The notes beneath the pieces were generated by a model. The model was not told where the DNA came from and ran no database searches. It was given only the letters and a program-made list of their open reading frames with translations. Both the position numbers and the translations under genes were made by a program. Shown here in pieces: positions 17,841 to 26,800 of a DNA stretch of 64,000 nucleotides. Numbering within the stretch: the first letter of the stretch is position 1; every line of letters starts with the position of its first letter. This stretch comes from Spirochaetia bacterium (GTDB lineage Bacteria; Spirochaetota; Spirochaetia; DSM-27196; Salinispiraceae), in assembly GCA_038204425.1 (NCBI GenBank), contig JBBRCZ010000007.1, forward strand, positions 1 through 64,000. The letters are read 5' to 3'.

Positions 17841-19994
17841 TCAATCTACATTTTCCAGGGGCACAGTAAACCAAAAGATACTACCTTTGGCTTCTTCACT
17901 GGTAAAATCGAGCTCACCTCCATGTTTCTCTACTAAACGACGACTCAACGCCAGCCCCAGACCTGATCCTTCTATTTCTCTAACTTCAAAGACTCGCCCA
18001 AACTCGGTAAAAAGTCGCGCCCTATCCTTGATAGAAATACCTCGTCCGCTGTCTTGAACCGACACCCGCAAGAGTGGTAAACCCTGCTCAGACGAAAGAT
18101 CAAATCGACAGCTGACAAAGCCTTGGACAGTGTACTTTACGGCGTTGGTGAGCAAATTAAGTATAACTTGCTTGATTTTTTGATAGTCCAAAAGCGCGTA
18201 CTCAGGTACCTCGGCTTCTATTGATTTAAAGAAATCCAGCGTACTTTGTTTGCGTTTGGAGCTAGCGTAGGCCTCAGCGTGCACCATACAGGTCTGAAGT
18301 AGATCAGCCAAGCGCACCTTGCTCTTGTTGATAATGATCACGCCGGATTCTATCTGAGAAAGATTGATGACTTCGTCGATTATGTGAAGCAAGCTATCAC
18401 ACGCATCACGCATGCTGTTGTAGGCTCTAAAGACTTGCCTTTCTTCGTCATCTACAAGGTATGCAAGTTCTTGTAAACATTGAGCCAGTTTTTCGCCTGC
18501 TTCACTTGCCTCAGCAGACTGGGCATGGTGCGTTACTTGCTGCTTTAAGTAGCCCAATACCACCCGCGCCCAGTTGTTGTCAGCTGGCAATCTTTTGCCT
18601 AGGTAGCCTACCAAACCAGCCAAGTCCTGGCTAATTAGCCCTCGGTGTTCACCAATAATCTGCTCAAGAACTTGTGCGAGTTGTTCATTCTTTTCATAGG
18701 CTCCAAAGCGCAGCAAATCAGTCATGCCAGCAATAGAGTTGAGTGGCGTTCGTAACTCGTGGTTCATGTTGACCAAAAATTTTGATTTGTGTTTGTTGGC
18801 AATTTCCGCCCGTATACGCGCCTCTTCCATCTCTTGAGTGCGTTCCCGCACGCGCTGTTCCAGACTGTGCGTGTAGGCCGCAATCTGCGCGCGCTGTATT
18901 TCTATTTTTTCTGTAGATGCTCGCAGTTCACCGGCCAGTCCATTTATGGCTCGGGCCAACTCGCCAACCTCGTCGTTACTCTTAACGGGGATGGTTACCA
19001 AAGGTGCATAGTCTCTTATGTGTCGGCGCATGCTGTCGACAGAATAGGCAAGAGATAAGACTGGAGCCACCAAAATCCTTGTCAGCATTATCGTACTCGT
19101 CAAAACCAAGATGATAACCAAAACCATTAGCACTAGTAACGGTTGACTAACATCGAGCGTGTTAACTTCTTGCTTCTTGAGCGAAATTTCGGCCACCAAT
19201 CGATTTCTGCCACTGGCCGGCAGGTCAATGTGCCAAGTCAAATAGTCGTCACCATTAAATGATTCGGTTCTAAGTATGTCGTCAGACTGCAGATCAGCAA
19301 AACCGTGACTATGAAACACAGGCCCAGGCGGATCGGGCAAAAGACGATTCTTAATACTAGAATAGTACTCTTGCTTGCTGGTCCTATCGATTATGGTAAT
19401 GTGATGATCGGGCCCAATAGTTAGTGCATCCAAGTCGCTGCGAACCAAATCAAGCGCTGCAACAAGATAACCTGCCACTGCGTCCTGGTAGTAGACCTTG
19501 CTGGCCGCATAAAGACGCAAGCCCAAACTTGCGGCCTCTATCCAAGTTGCACTAATACTGGTGCCAAACTTGGAAGCAATTCCTAAGTCAATAGTTGGTG
19601 CTCCAACTGGCCTACCCCTCTCAAAAAAAATCTGCCCATCGAGATTCATAAACCAGGCGGTGTAGTCCGAGTAGCGCAACAAGAGTTGATCCTCGTCTCT
19701 TATAGTCGATCGCTGGCGAAACTTAACGTTGTCGTTTTGAGAAAAGCGAGTCTTGATGACTGGCTCACCGGCAAGGCCACTAACACGAGCCACTAGGGCC
19801 TTCATTTCAAGCTCTAAGCGCGCGTTAAAGCCCTCTGCTCCTGCTCTGAGTTCGTTGACTAAGCGATTGGACCAAATGTTTTGGATGCTCAACATATAGC
19901 CAAGCGTAATTGAAATGGTTGGTACTATCAGAATAAGCCCAACCACTAAAAAAAACTTGGAGAGAATAGAGAAGCGTTTCTTGCCCGTTTTCAC
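17841..19994 (-). CDS. Membrane sensor histidine kinase (extracytoplasmic sensor, HAMP, HisKA with insertion, HATPase)
   Basis: Two TM helices, HAMP (SNDEVGELARAIN), H-box NHELRTPLN, N-box NLLTNAVKYT, DSGRGI and GSGLGLAL. Confidence 0.93.
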   Translation of the reverse strand: MKTGKKRFSILSKFFLVVGLILIVPTISITLGYMLSIQNIWSNRLVNELRAGAEGFNARLELEMKALVARVSGLAGEPVIKTRFSQNDNVKFRQRSTIRDEDQLLLRYSDYTAWFMNLDGQIFFERGRPVGAPTIDLGIASKFGTSISATWIEAASLGLRLYAASKVYYQDAVAGYLVAALDLVRSDLDALTIGPDHHITIIDRTSKQEYYSSIKNRLLPDPPGPVFHSHGFADLQSDDILRTESFNGDDYLTWHIDLPASGRNRLVAEISLKKQEVNTLDVSQPLLVLMVLVIILVLTSTIMLTRILVAPVLSLAYSVDSMRRHIRDYAPLVTIPVKSNDEVGELARAINGLAGELRASTEKIEIQRAQIAAYTHSLEQRVRERTQEMEEARIRAEIANKHKSKFLVNMNHELRTPLNSIAGMTDLLRFGAYEKNEQLAQVLEQIIGEHRGLISQDLAGLVGYLGKRLPADNNWARVVLGYLKQQVTHHAQSAEASEAGEKLAQCLQELAYLVDDEERQVFRAYNSMRDACDSLLHIIDEVINLSQIESGVIIINKSKVRLADLLQTCMVHAEAYASSKRKQSTLDFFKSIEAEVPEYALLDYQKIKQVILNLLTNAVKYTVQGFVSCRFDLSSEQGLPLLRVSVQDSGRGISIKDRARLFTEFGRVFEVREIEGSGLGLALSRRLVEKHGGELDFTSEEAKGSIFWFTVPLENVD

Positions 19995-19995
19995 A

Positions 19996-20205
19996 TCAGC
20001 TTTCCGCGCTAATACTGTTTTCTAGTTTTTGGTACAAACTTTGCATGTTGTTTTGGAGTTTACTAAAAAACTCTTCTTTTTCCTCTGGGTCGAGATTTTC
20101 TAGTAGTCCCAAGCAAACAAGGTCTATCATACCCTTTAGTTTGTTCATGTTTTCTCGCAAGAGGAAGTCTGCTTCTTCACGGTAGACTTGGTCAGGTGTT
20201 TTCAT
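19996..20205 (-). CDS. 69-aa helical protein resembling a stand-alone, His-less DHp (HisKA) domain
   Basis: Fills the gap between the receiver stop (3 bp away) and the kinase start (1 bp away). LRENMNKLKGMIDLVCLG resembles the kinase's LRTPLNSIAGMTDLLRFG. Confidence 0.75.
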   Translation of the reverse strand: MKTPDQVYREEADFLLRENMNKLKGMIDLVCLGLLENLDPEEKEEFFSKLQNNMQSLYQKLENSISAES

Positions 20206-20208
20206 TGC

Positions 20209-20652
20209 TTACTTGCCTTTAATGCCCATACGTAGGCGGGTCTTTTCTGGAATTGGTACAGAAAGCAGCGTGGAAATTTGACTTACCATACGCGTTTGGT
20301 CGACTGGCTTGGTAAAGTAGTCGCTGAAGCCCGCCTTGAGACAGCGATCTCTATCGCTCTCTTCGCCGTCATGAGCCTCCATGGCCTGAGCGGTAACTGC
20401 CCACACTGGGACATCCTTGGATTCTGGCAAGCTCTTGAGTAGCTTAACCGCTTCTACACCAGAATCCTCCCTTTCCATCTTTAAATCCATCAAAATCAGG
20501 TCAGGGTTTTCTGAGCGAATAATTTCAATTGACGAAACCCCGCTTGAGGCTTCCAAAACTTGAATTGGGTTTTCGGCGCCAAAAAGCTTAAACATGATTT
20601 TTAGCACATAACGGTTAGACTCGAGATCATCGACAATGAGAACTTTTGGCAT
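20209..20652 (-). CDS. Single-domain response regulator (DivK/CheY-like)
   Basis: LIVDD, phosphoacceptor ILMD, AVTA and TKP. RBS-like GGGGAGG upstream. Confidence 0.92.
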   Translation of the reverse strand: MPKVLIVDDLESNRYVLKIMFKLFGAENPIQVLEASSGVSSIEIIRSENPDLILMDLKMEREDSGVEAVKLLKSLPESKDVPVWAVTAQAMEAHDGEESDRDRCLKAGFSDYFTKPVDQTRMVSQISTLLSVPIPEKTRLRMGIKGK

Positions 20653-20680
20653 AAGAGCCTCCCCACCAAGTTAAAATTGG

Positions 20681-21511
20681 CTACAAACTTATTTTAGCAC
20701 GCACGCTGTCGACCGGCAACAATGACTTCCAAATGGACTCGGCCTGCACGGCATGCGGTAGGGCTTCTAAGTTAAGAACTTCTTCACGTACAGGGTGAGG
20801 CAAAGTAAGTCGGTAGGCATGCAGGCAAATGCCACCGTCACGGTTAGAGCGCTCGGCACCATACTTAAGGTCACCTTTTATATGCAGACCAAGCGTAGCA
20901 AGCTGTGCCCTTATTTGATGGTGCCTGCCAGTTTCTAGTCGAATTTCCAACAGATGGTAACGATCGCCAGTCCTTAGCAATCGCCATGCCAGTCGAGCTT
21001 CTTGACTATTTTGGCTTGGAACCAAGCTTGCGTATGACTTGTTTTGTTTTTCGTTGCGACTCAGGTGGTGCAGCAAGTTATGCCAAGCGAAAGCCTCTTG
21101 TGCGTTTGGCGTAGTACTAGTTTCTGCTGCGGCTGCCTCAGCTACTGATCCAGAAACTATCGCCAAATAGATCTTCTCAAGTTCTCGTTCTCTAAAAATG
21201 GCAGCCAGTCGCGACAAAGCTTTGCTTGTTTTGGCAAAGATCAATATACCAGAAGTTGGCCGATCCAGACGATGCACAGGCTGCAAAAAAACATTGCCCG
21301 GCTTTTTATCTCGTATTTTGATAAAGGCTTTGAGCGTGTCGCCCAAAGCCTGATCTCCCGTTTTATCAGCTTGAGAAATCTCTCCACAAGCTTTGTTAAA
21401 TACCAAGAGGTGGTTATCCTCATAGACAATGCGATTACCAATGTCTTCAGGCAACCTTAGCTTCGCTCGCTGCGAAGCTAAGTCTTTTTTTTCTAAACTA
21501 TCTGACTTCAT
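20681..21511 (-). CDS. RluA family pseudouridine synthase
   Basis: YEDNHLLVFNK, catalytic HRLDRPTSG, TGRHHQIR, GDLKYG and LHAY. Confidence 0.93.
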   Translation of the reverse strand: MKSDSLEKKDLASQRAKLRLPEDIGNRIVYEDNHLLVFNKACGEISQADKTGDQALGDTLKAFIKIRDKKPGNVFLQPVHRLDRPTSGILIFAKTSKALSRLAAIFRERELEKIYLAIVSGSVAEAAAAETSTTPNAQEAFAWHNLLHHLSRNEKQNKSYASLVPSQNSQEARLAWRLLRTGDRYHLLEIRLETGRHHQIRAQLATLGLHIKGDLKYGAERSNRDGGICLHAYRLTLPHPVREEVLNLEALPHAVQAESIWKSLLPVDSVRAKISL

Positions 21512-23306
21512 ACAAAGAGAACAAAAAGTTGCCCCCGTAGACTCCTTCTTCTGTTGATTGATTGACAACTCTTATTTTGTAGCTGCCAGCTTTTTCTATC
21601 TTGGCCAAGAGGCGTGCGTTGCTTGCGTCGCCAAAATTGCTATTGCTGTCCATCAGCTCGCCATTGGCGGCTATCAGGTCAAGTTTAACAGCAAACTCAT
21701 CGCTGTAAGCCAAGACATACAAGGTCTGCCCTGCAGCAAACTTGTAACTATATTCTTTGTAAGCCAAGCCTTCGTCGTCTGTTTCGGCATCTTCGGCAAT
21801 CTCACCTTCAACAAAGGCAGAAATCACTTTGGTGCTACCAAGACTGTTGTATGCCAGAGAGTAGATTCTATTGGCCGGTTCTTTGATTGAAAGATAAGAG
21901 TTGGCTCTCACTTTGTACAGGCCAGCGACAGGAGCAATAAATTCCACCATTGAATTGAGACCATTCATATCGTCATTAAACCAGCTTGCTTCTCCATCTG
22001 GACTGATCACCTCAAGACGTCCGTCAAAATCTCGCGAGTCGAGTTTAATTTGCACCAACTCGTTAGCTTTGACTTGGATGCTATGATAGTTGGCCCAAAA
22101 TCCATCGTTGTCGCTCGATTTTGAAGAAAGACGTGCAACAAGTGTTTGACCGGGACTAAGCCTTGAGTTTTGAACGAAATCTTTGGGGGCCAGTAAAGTT
22201 TTGTCACTAAGTGAAGACTTAAGGACAAAGTCATACTTGCCGCTTGCGCTAGAGCCCAAGGAACTTGTGCTCACTATTAGTGTTCCGTTCTTCTCAAAAT
22301 AGTAGTTGCCAATACTTGCGTAATCAGCGTCTTGCACAATGTCATCATCGTAACGCAGCTCTTGCCCTTGCTCATCTTCTAGAACAAGGTAGGTGTCAAA
22401 ATCATTGCTGCTCATCACAAGTTCAACCAATTCCCCAGCTTTGCCAGCGTAGAGATAGAAATTTGTTTGCATAGTTTCTAGATTGGTCTTAAGTACCTGA
22501 CCAGCCTTTAATGCCAGAGCTTTGGTATCTTGTTTAACCAATAAGCTGTAGTTGTTTGCTCGGTCGCCTGGCAAAGCCGCGGCTTGCAAGAGATATTTAC
22601 GACCTTTGATGAGGTAGTATCTAATAGTAGCGGTTTCTTGGGGACTGTCACCTTCTATTTGGGCCACAAAAGTCTTTTGGCGCGCAGTCTGCTCTTCTAT
22701 GCGCAAGTAAGCCTTCATGCCGCCTCGGCCAGTCAAAGAAAAAGCGTAGATGCCGTCACTGGGTACGGCAAAAGTAAACTCGTCGGGTAGCGGCGGCGCG
22801 ATATCTGAGACTTGGACCAAAGAACCAGTAATTGCTCGGTCAAGCCCCAGTACGCGGGCTGATTTTGAGTAGTCACGAGCGTACAAAACATAAGGAACGC
22901 TAAAATCTTCGCTTTCCTCAGAAAAAAGCATCGAGGCGCCGACATGCCAAATACCGTCGCGCTCGGCGGTAGCAAAAAGTTGCGAGTTGACACCTATGCT
23001 ATCGTCATTATCGAGCATTTCTGACTCGCTTTTTTTGAGATAGAGTTTGGCATCACCGACTTTGGACGCCAGCCCCAAAAAAAGACGTTGCCCTTTTTTG
23101 ACTTTGAGCGCATACCAGTCAATATAATTGCCACTATCTTCATCATAGTCTTGCTGCTCAATTTGACCCTGAACTGTAGCAGTCAGTGTAAGGCTAGGCA
23201 AGTCGCCAGAAGAAAGGTCTTGTGCGCCTAAAGAAAAGGCCACTGGTAAAAATAATATAGCCGAGAGCAAAGCAAATCTCTGTGGCAAAAATGAAATCAC
23301 GTACAT
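21498..23306 (-). CDS. Exported protein made of tandem PPC-like (pre-peptidase C-terminal) domains
   Basis: Signal peptide, then repeated units such as FDTYLVLEDEQGQELRYDDD and FDGRLEVISPDG...NDD...NS...APVAGLYKV. AGGAG RBS before ATG 23306. Confidence 0.7.
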   Translation of the reverse strand: MYVISFLPQRFALLSAILFLPVAFSLGAQDLSSGDLPSLTLTATVQGQIEQQDYDEDSGNYIDWYALKVKKGQRLFLGLASKVGDAKLYLKKSESEMLDNDDSIGVNSQLFATAERDGIWHVGASMLFSEESEDFSVPYVLYARDYSKSARVLGLDRAITGSLVQVSDIAPPLPDEFTFAVPSDGIYAFSLTGRGGMKAYLRIEEQTARQKTFVAQIEGDSPQETATIRYYLIKGRKYLLQAAALPGDRANNYSLLVKQDTKALALKAGQVLKTNLETMQTNFYLYAGKAGELVELVMSSNDFDTYLVLEDEQGQELRYDDDIVQDADYASIGNYYFEKNGTLIVSTSSLGSSASGKYDFVLKSSLSDKTLLAPKDFVQNSRLSPGQTLVARLSSKSSDNDGFWANYHSIQVKANELVQIKLDSRDFDGRLEVISPDGEASWFNDDMNGLNSMVEFIAPVAGLYKVRANSYLSIKEPANRIYSLAYNSLGSTKVISAFVEGEIAEDAETDDEGLAYKEYSYKFAAGQTLYVLAYSDEFAVKLDLIAANGELMDSNSNFGDASNARLLAKIEKAGSYKIRVVNQSTEEGVYGGNFLFSLYEVR

Positions 23307-23594
23307 TGTGTGTCTCCTAATAATTCTATTGTAACCCGCCAAAGCGTCTACTATCCATCATCTGCCAAGATATTTTCCGTTTCGTTAGATGGTCACTAAA
23401 CGATAATTAAAAGCATTTGCGCCAAAAAACAGCAATAGTCCAGCTGAAGCTAATATTGATGCTTAGATTCGAGCAACAAAAAAGAACAATACGAGATCAA
23501 CTATCGATGCTGATTGGATCAAACTCGAAAAATCAAGACAAATTTCAGCAACTTTGGTGACAGATAGGTGTAAATGTAAATTTTAATCGCGTCC

Positions 23595-23623
23595 TTGACA
23601 GTTGCCGGACTGGTAGTTATGTT
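23595..23623 (+). promoter_or_regulatory. Sigma70-type promoter upstream of the lipoprotein/ABC operon
   Basis: TTGACA (23595-23600), 17-bp spacer, TATGTT (23618-23623), about 100 bp before ATG 23722. Confidence 0.6.
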
Positions 23624-23721
23624 AACTTGTCCAGTGTTACTGGAATACCAAAATTCCAGAAGACATCGTGGTGCTTGGCTTTTTTGGCTGACTATACTTT
23701 GACTTCAAAGGATGATTTTTT

Positions 23722-25344
23722 ATGCGAAAATCCCTTCAAAACGTTGCGATAGCAACTCTTTTGAGCGTGGCCTTGATGACCATCGCCTCATGTGTCAGTT
23801 CTGACCTAGTTGAGGTCAACAAGGAAGCAGGCTACTACTATGGTTTTGGTTCGGGCGCCGATGAAAAAATCGCCGCCTCCGTTACCATGGATGACCTTAT
23901 ATATAATGTACTCACCGAATCAGGCAGCATTAAGCAAGAACGCAAATCGCGTGTTGTAATCACGGCCGAAATGCGTGAAGATTTTGCTTTGCTTGGTTTG
24001 CGCCCGCTCGTTCAAGAAGAAAAGAACGACAAGATTGCGATTGTCTATCGCATATCCCACGCTGACTGGCTAAAAGCCGATCTTGCTCGATTGCAAAAAC
24101 TTCGAGCTCAGCTCGCTCCTCGCTACAAAGCTGCCAGCACGGGCACCAAGACCTTACAAGACCGTATGGTAGAACTTGGTCAAATCTACTCTGTCATCAC
24201 CAAAGCAGGCGCAACCAACAGTCTCACCTTGGAAGAAGCCTCCAAGCAAGTATTTACCAAGGCTATCGAAACCTACGCCAGCTCGCTGGTAACTGGTCTC
24301 GTCTATACTATCAAGCCAAGCAATGGACTTTTTCAAGACGACACCAAAGTCACTATTACCGTGACCGACCAAGCTGGAAAAATGGTTGTAGGACTTCCCC
24401 TTTCGTTTACCTGGGTGCTTGAGAGTGAGACTGGCGAAGACACAAGCAGCAACGCTGTTGTTTTGACGACTGATGCCAAGGGTGCAATTACCTTGCCAGC
24501 TCTCATGGATGACAACTTACGCAACAAAAAACTAAGTTTGCGCAGCACAGGTATTTTTGCCAGCAAAGTTAGTGATTCCAGCGTCTTGGTAAAAATTGAC
24601 CAAGACCTAAGCAAAAACTTTGCTTTGCGTCACTTTAGTGACCTCAAGAAGATCTTCTCCAATGAAGTACGTATTGGCGCAAGTGACTTTGTAGCGGGTT
24701 CTGTTAGTCAGGATCGCCGCGCCGGTGGCAACGAAAAACAACGTAAGGTTAAGCTCAAGGCCTTTTCCATTGACCGCTACCCCGTAACCAATTCGATGTA
24801 CCGAGCGTTTTTGGAAGCAACAAACGCGCCCGATAGTGACTACCCAGAGTTTCTTGAGAACCCAGATTACAATAGTTCAGAGCAACCTGTTATCGGCGTG
24901 AGTTTGGAACAAGCGAAAAAGTTTGCCGAATGGGTTTCTACGATAGTAGGTTATACCAAGCGTCTACCGACCGAAGACGAGTTTGAAGCAGGCGCTCGAG
25001 GCGGACAGAGCGTTATTTTTCCATGGGGTGATGAAGCGCCAACAGATGGAGTGAGAGCAAATTACACCGGTAACGGTAGATTTGACTTTACTTCTCCCGT
25101 GGGAAGCTTTGAAAATGGCAAAAACAGCCTCGGCCTCTTTGACATGGCAGGCAATGTTTGGCATTGGACTTTGACTAATCCCGACAGCACTATGTCGGCA
25201 GACCCAAGTTTTGTAATAGTAAAAGGTGGCTCTTGGATGGATGGTGCCTTTGAATTGAGAATCTCGAATCGCAATCCACGTGACCCAAGTCAAAGCTATG
25301 GAGACGTTGGGTTTAGACTAGTCCGGGAGGCTAACAATGAATAG
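23722..25344 (+). CDS. Lipoprotein with a C-terminal FGE-sulfatase (SUMF1/EgtB/PvdO/GldK-like) domain
   Basis: Lipobox IAS-C and a middle Ig-like stretch (KVTITVTDQAG...TTDAKG). C-terminal YPVTN, PVIGVS, RLPTEDEFE, FPWG, GLFDMAGNVWHW, KGGSW and VGFRLV. Confidence 0.85.
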   Translation: MRKSLQNVAIATLLSVALMTIASCVSSDLVEVNKEAGYYYGFGSGADEKIAASVTMDDLIYNVLTESGSIKQERKSRVVITAEMREDFALLGLRPLVQEEKNDKIAIVYRISHADWLKADLARLQKLRAQLAPRYKAASTGTKTLQDRMVELGQIYSVITKAGATNSLTLEEASKQVFTKAIETYASSLVTGLVYTIKPSNGLFQDDTKVTITVTDQAGKMVVGLPLSFTWVLESETGEDTSSNAVVLTTDAKGAITLPALMDDNLRNKKLSLRSTGIFASKVSDSSVLVKIDQDLSKNFALRHFSDLKKIFSNEVRIGASDFVAGSVSQDRRAGGNEKQRKVKLKAFSIDRYPVTNSMYRAFLEATNAPDSDYPEFLENPDYNSSEQPVIGVSLEQAKKFAEWVSTIVGYTKRLPTEDEFEAGARGGQSVIFPWGDEAPTDGVRANYTGNGRFDFTSPVGSFENGKNSLGLFDMAGNVWHWTLTNPDSTMSADPSFVIVKGGSWMDGAFELRISNRNPRDPSQSYGDVGFRLVREANNE

Positions 25345-26800
25345 ATCTTTATCCAGAATCAGTGTGGTTCTGGTACTCGCAGCCGTTCTTGCATCATGTC
25401 TTTCCATTGAGCTGGGCTTGCTCAATGATGAAGAATTGATTGCAAAGGGTGTTAGTATCTTTAATGAGGGTAAGACCTCAACCGCCAGACCCTATTGGGC
25501 CGCTATTCGTGACGCAGAAGTCAAGGACAAGTACGTCGGTTACTACGATGACTACCTCGACTTTGAAGAAGCGATCGAGGCCGCGGAAGCCTTGCCATTG
25601 GCAAACAATCGCGATGGCACTAAGCTCACTCAGTCCTATAACGCCTTGGTCAAAAAAGCCAAAGCTTTACCCGCAGAACTCAAGTTGCCAGAAAGCGCGA
25701 AAAAACGCATGGCTACGCTGGCCCGAAACTTGATTCGCAACAAAATTGATAGCAATCAGATTTCTTCAATTCCTGAGCTGACTAAGACAAGTAGCGCTTT
25801 GTTGGGCGAAAGCTTTGTCTATGCTGACCTGCAAAAAGAAGTTGACGCAATCAACCTAATGCTCAGCCAAGAACGTGCTGTAGATGCACAGATGACCCGT
25901 ACACGCGAGAATGAGGATTTTAACGCTCAAATCGCAGGGTACGAAGCAACAACTGCTGCCTACAGGCGTTTTGAAAATACACTGATAGAACAGAACAAAA
26001 AGGAACCCTATGTTGCCACTTCGCCAATGACCTTGGCACCGGCCCGAATCCGTCGCAAGACTCAAGATTCGCGCTTGGAGATGGAACGCATGCTCCGTGA
26101 GCGAACTTACTCCTTTAAAGAGCGCATCGGCGAAGAGTTTGCCCGTGTTCCCGAAGGCAGCAAACTCGGCAATATGAGTCCTGCAGAGATCCTAGCCTTT
26201 AACGAAACCATCCGTGAGAACATCAACAAAGCCAATCGAGAGATGATTGAGTTTGGTGCTCGTTACCCTGGTGTTATTGACAAAGACATGCTCAAAGACG
26301 TGGAAGCCCAACGTGTGGCTCTTGATGCTCGTATTAACCAAGTTGCAGCAGAAGTTAGGTACGCCAAGGACCTTGCCAGCCGTGGTAAGCCTGTTGCACC
26401 ACTTTTGATAGGCTTGTTTAATCCCTTGCCCGGTGGAAAACCCGGCGAACAAAAAAGCCGTCCGGCTGCCTTCCGAGGCAACTTGTCTGGCAATACAGAA
26501 TACTGGTGGGGAATGTCGGCGATTGACCGTGGAACCTTTAATGACATGGTTATCACCGTCAGAGATGGCCGCGCCGTTAGAGTCTATGCCCAAAACACAC
26601 TCTCTGGCAGCTTGATTGGCCCAAGCCAACTCAAGGATCTAGTCAACCGCAGCTACAAAGTTGGCAACTCATGGCCAATCATCAACGCCGGCGCCCAATT
26701 ACCCGATGGCAGATACTTTTTTGAACTCGGCAAGACAGGCAGCCCAAGCTATTCTGGCGACGTAGTTATCTACAATTCATTCATTAATAGGGTGCGATAA
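25337..26800 (+). CDS. Hypothetical lipoprotein with a long helical N-terminal part and a beta-rich C-terminal domain
   Basis: Lipobox LAS-C; 487 aa; overlaps the upstream gene by 8 bp and abuts the downstream gene. Confidence 0.75.
   Translation: MNRSLSRISVVLVLAAVLASCLSIELGLLNDEELIAKGVSIFNEGKTSTARPYWAAIRDAEVKDKYVGYYDDYLDFEEAIEAAEALPLANNRDGTKLTQSYNALVKKAKALPAELKLPESAKKRMATLARNLIRNKIDSNQISSIPELTKTSSALLGESFVYADLQKEVDAINLMLSQERAVDAQMTRTRENEDFNAQIAGYEATTAAYRRFENTLIEQNKKEPYVATSPMTLAPARIRRKTQDSRLEMERMLRERTYSFKERIGEEFARVPEGSKLGNMSPAEILAFNETIRENINKANREMIEFGARYPGVIDKDMLKDVEAQRVALDARINQVAAEVRYAKDLASRGKPVAPLLIGLFNPLPGGKPGEQKSRPAAFRGNLSGNTEYWWGMSAIDRGTFNDMVITVRDGRAVRVYAQNTLSGSLIGPSQLKDLVNRSYKVGNSWPIINAGAQLPDGRYFFELGKTGSPSYSGDVVIYNSFINRVR

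Noticed and set aside
23343..23594. Riboswitch or ncRNA in the long intergenic region
   Set aside because: No recognisable conserved aptamer motif; it reads as an AT-rich divergent promoter region. An Rfam scan would settle it.
24660..25344. FGE-domain lipoprotein as a diversity-generating retroelement target
   Set aside because: I saw no reverse transcriptase or template repeat in the window; a remote DGR cannot be excluded.
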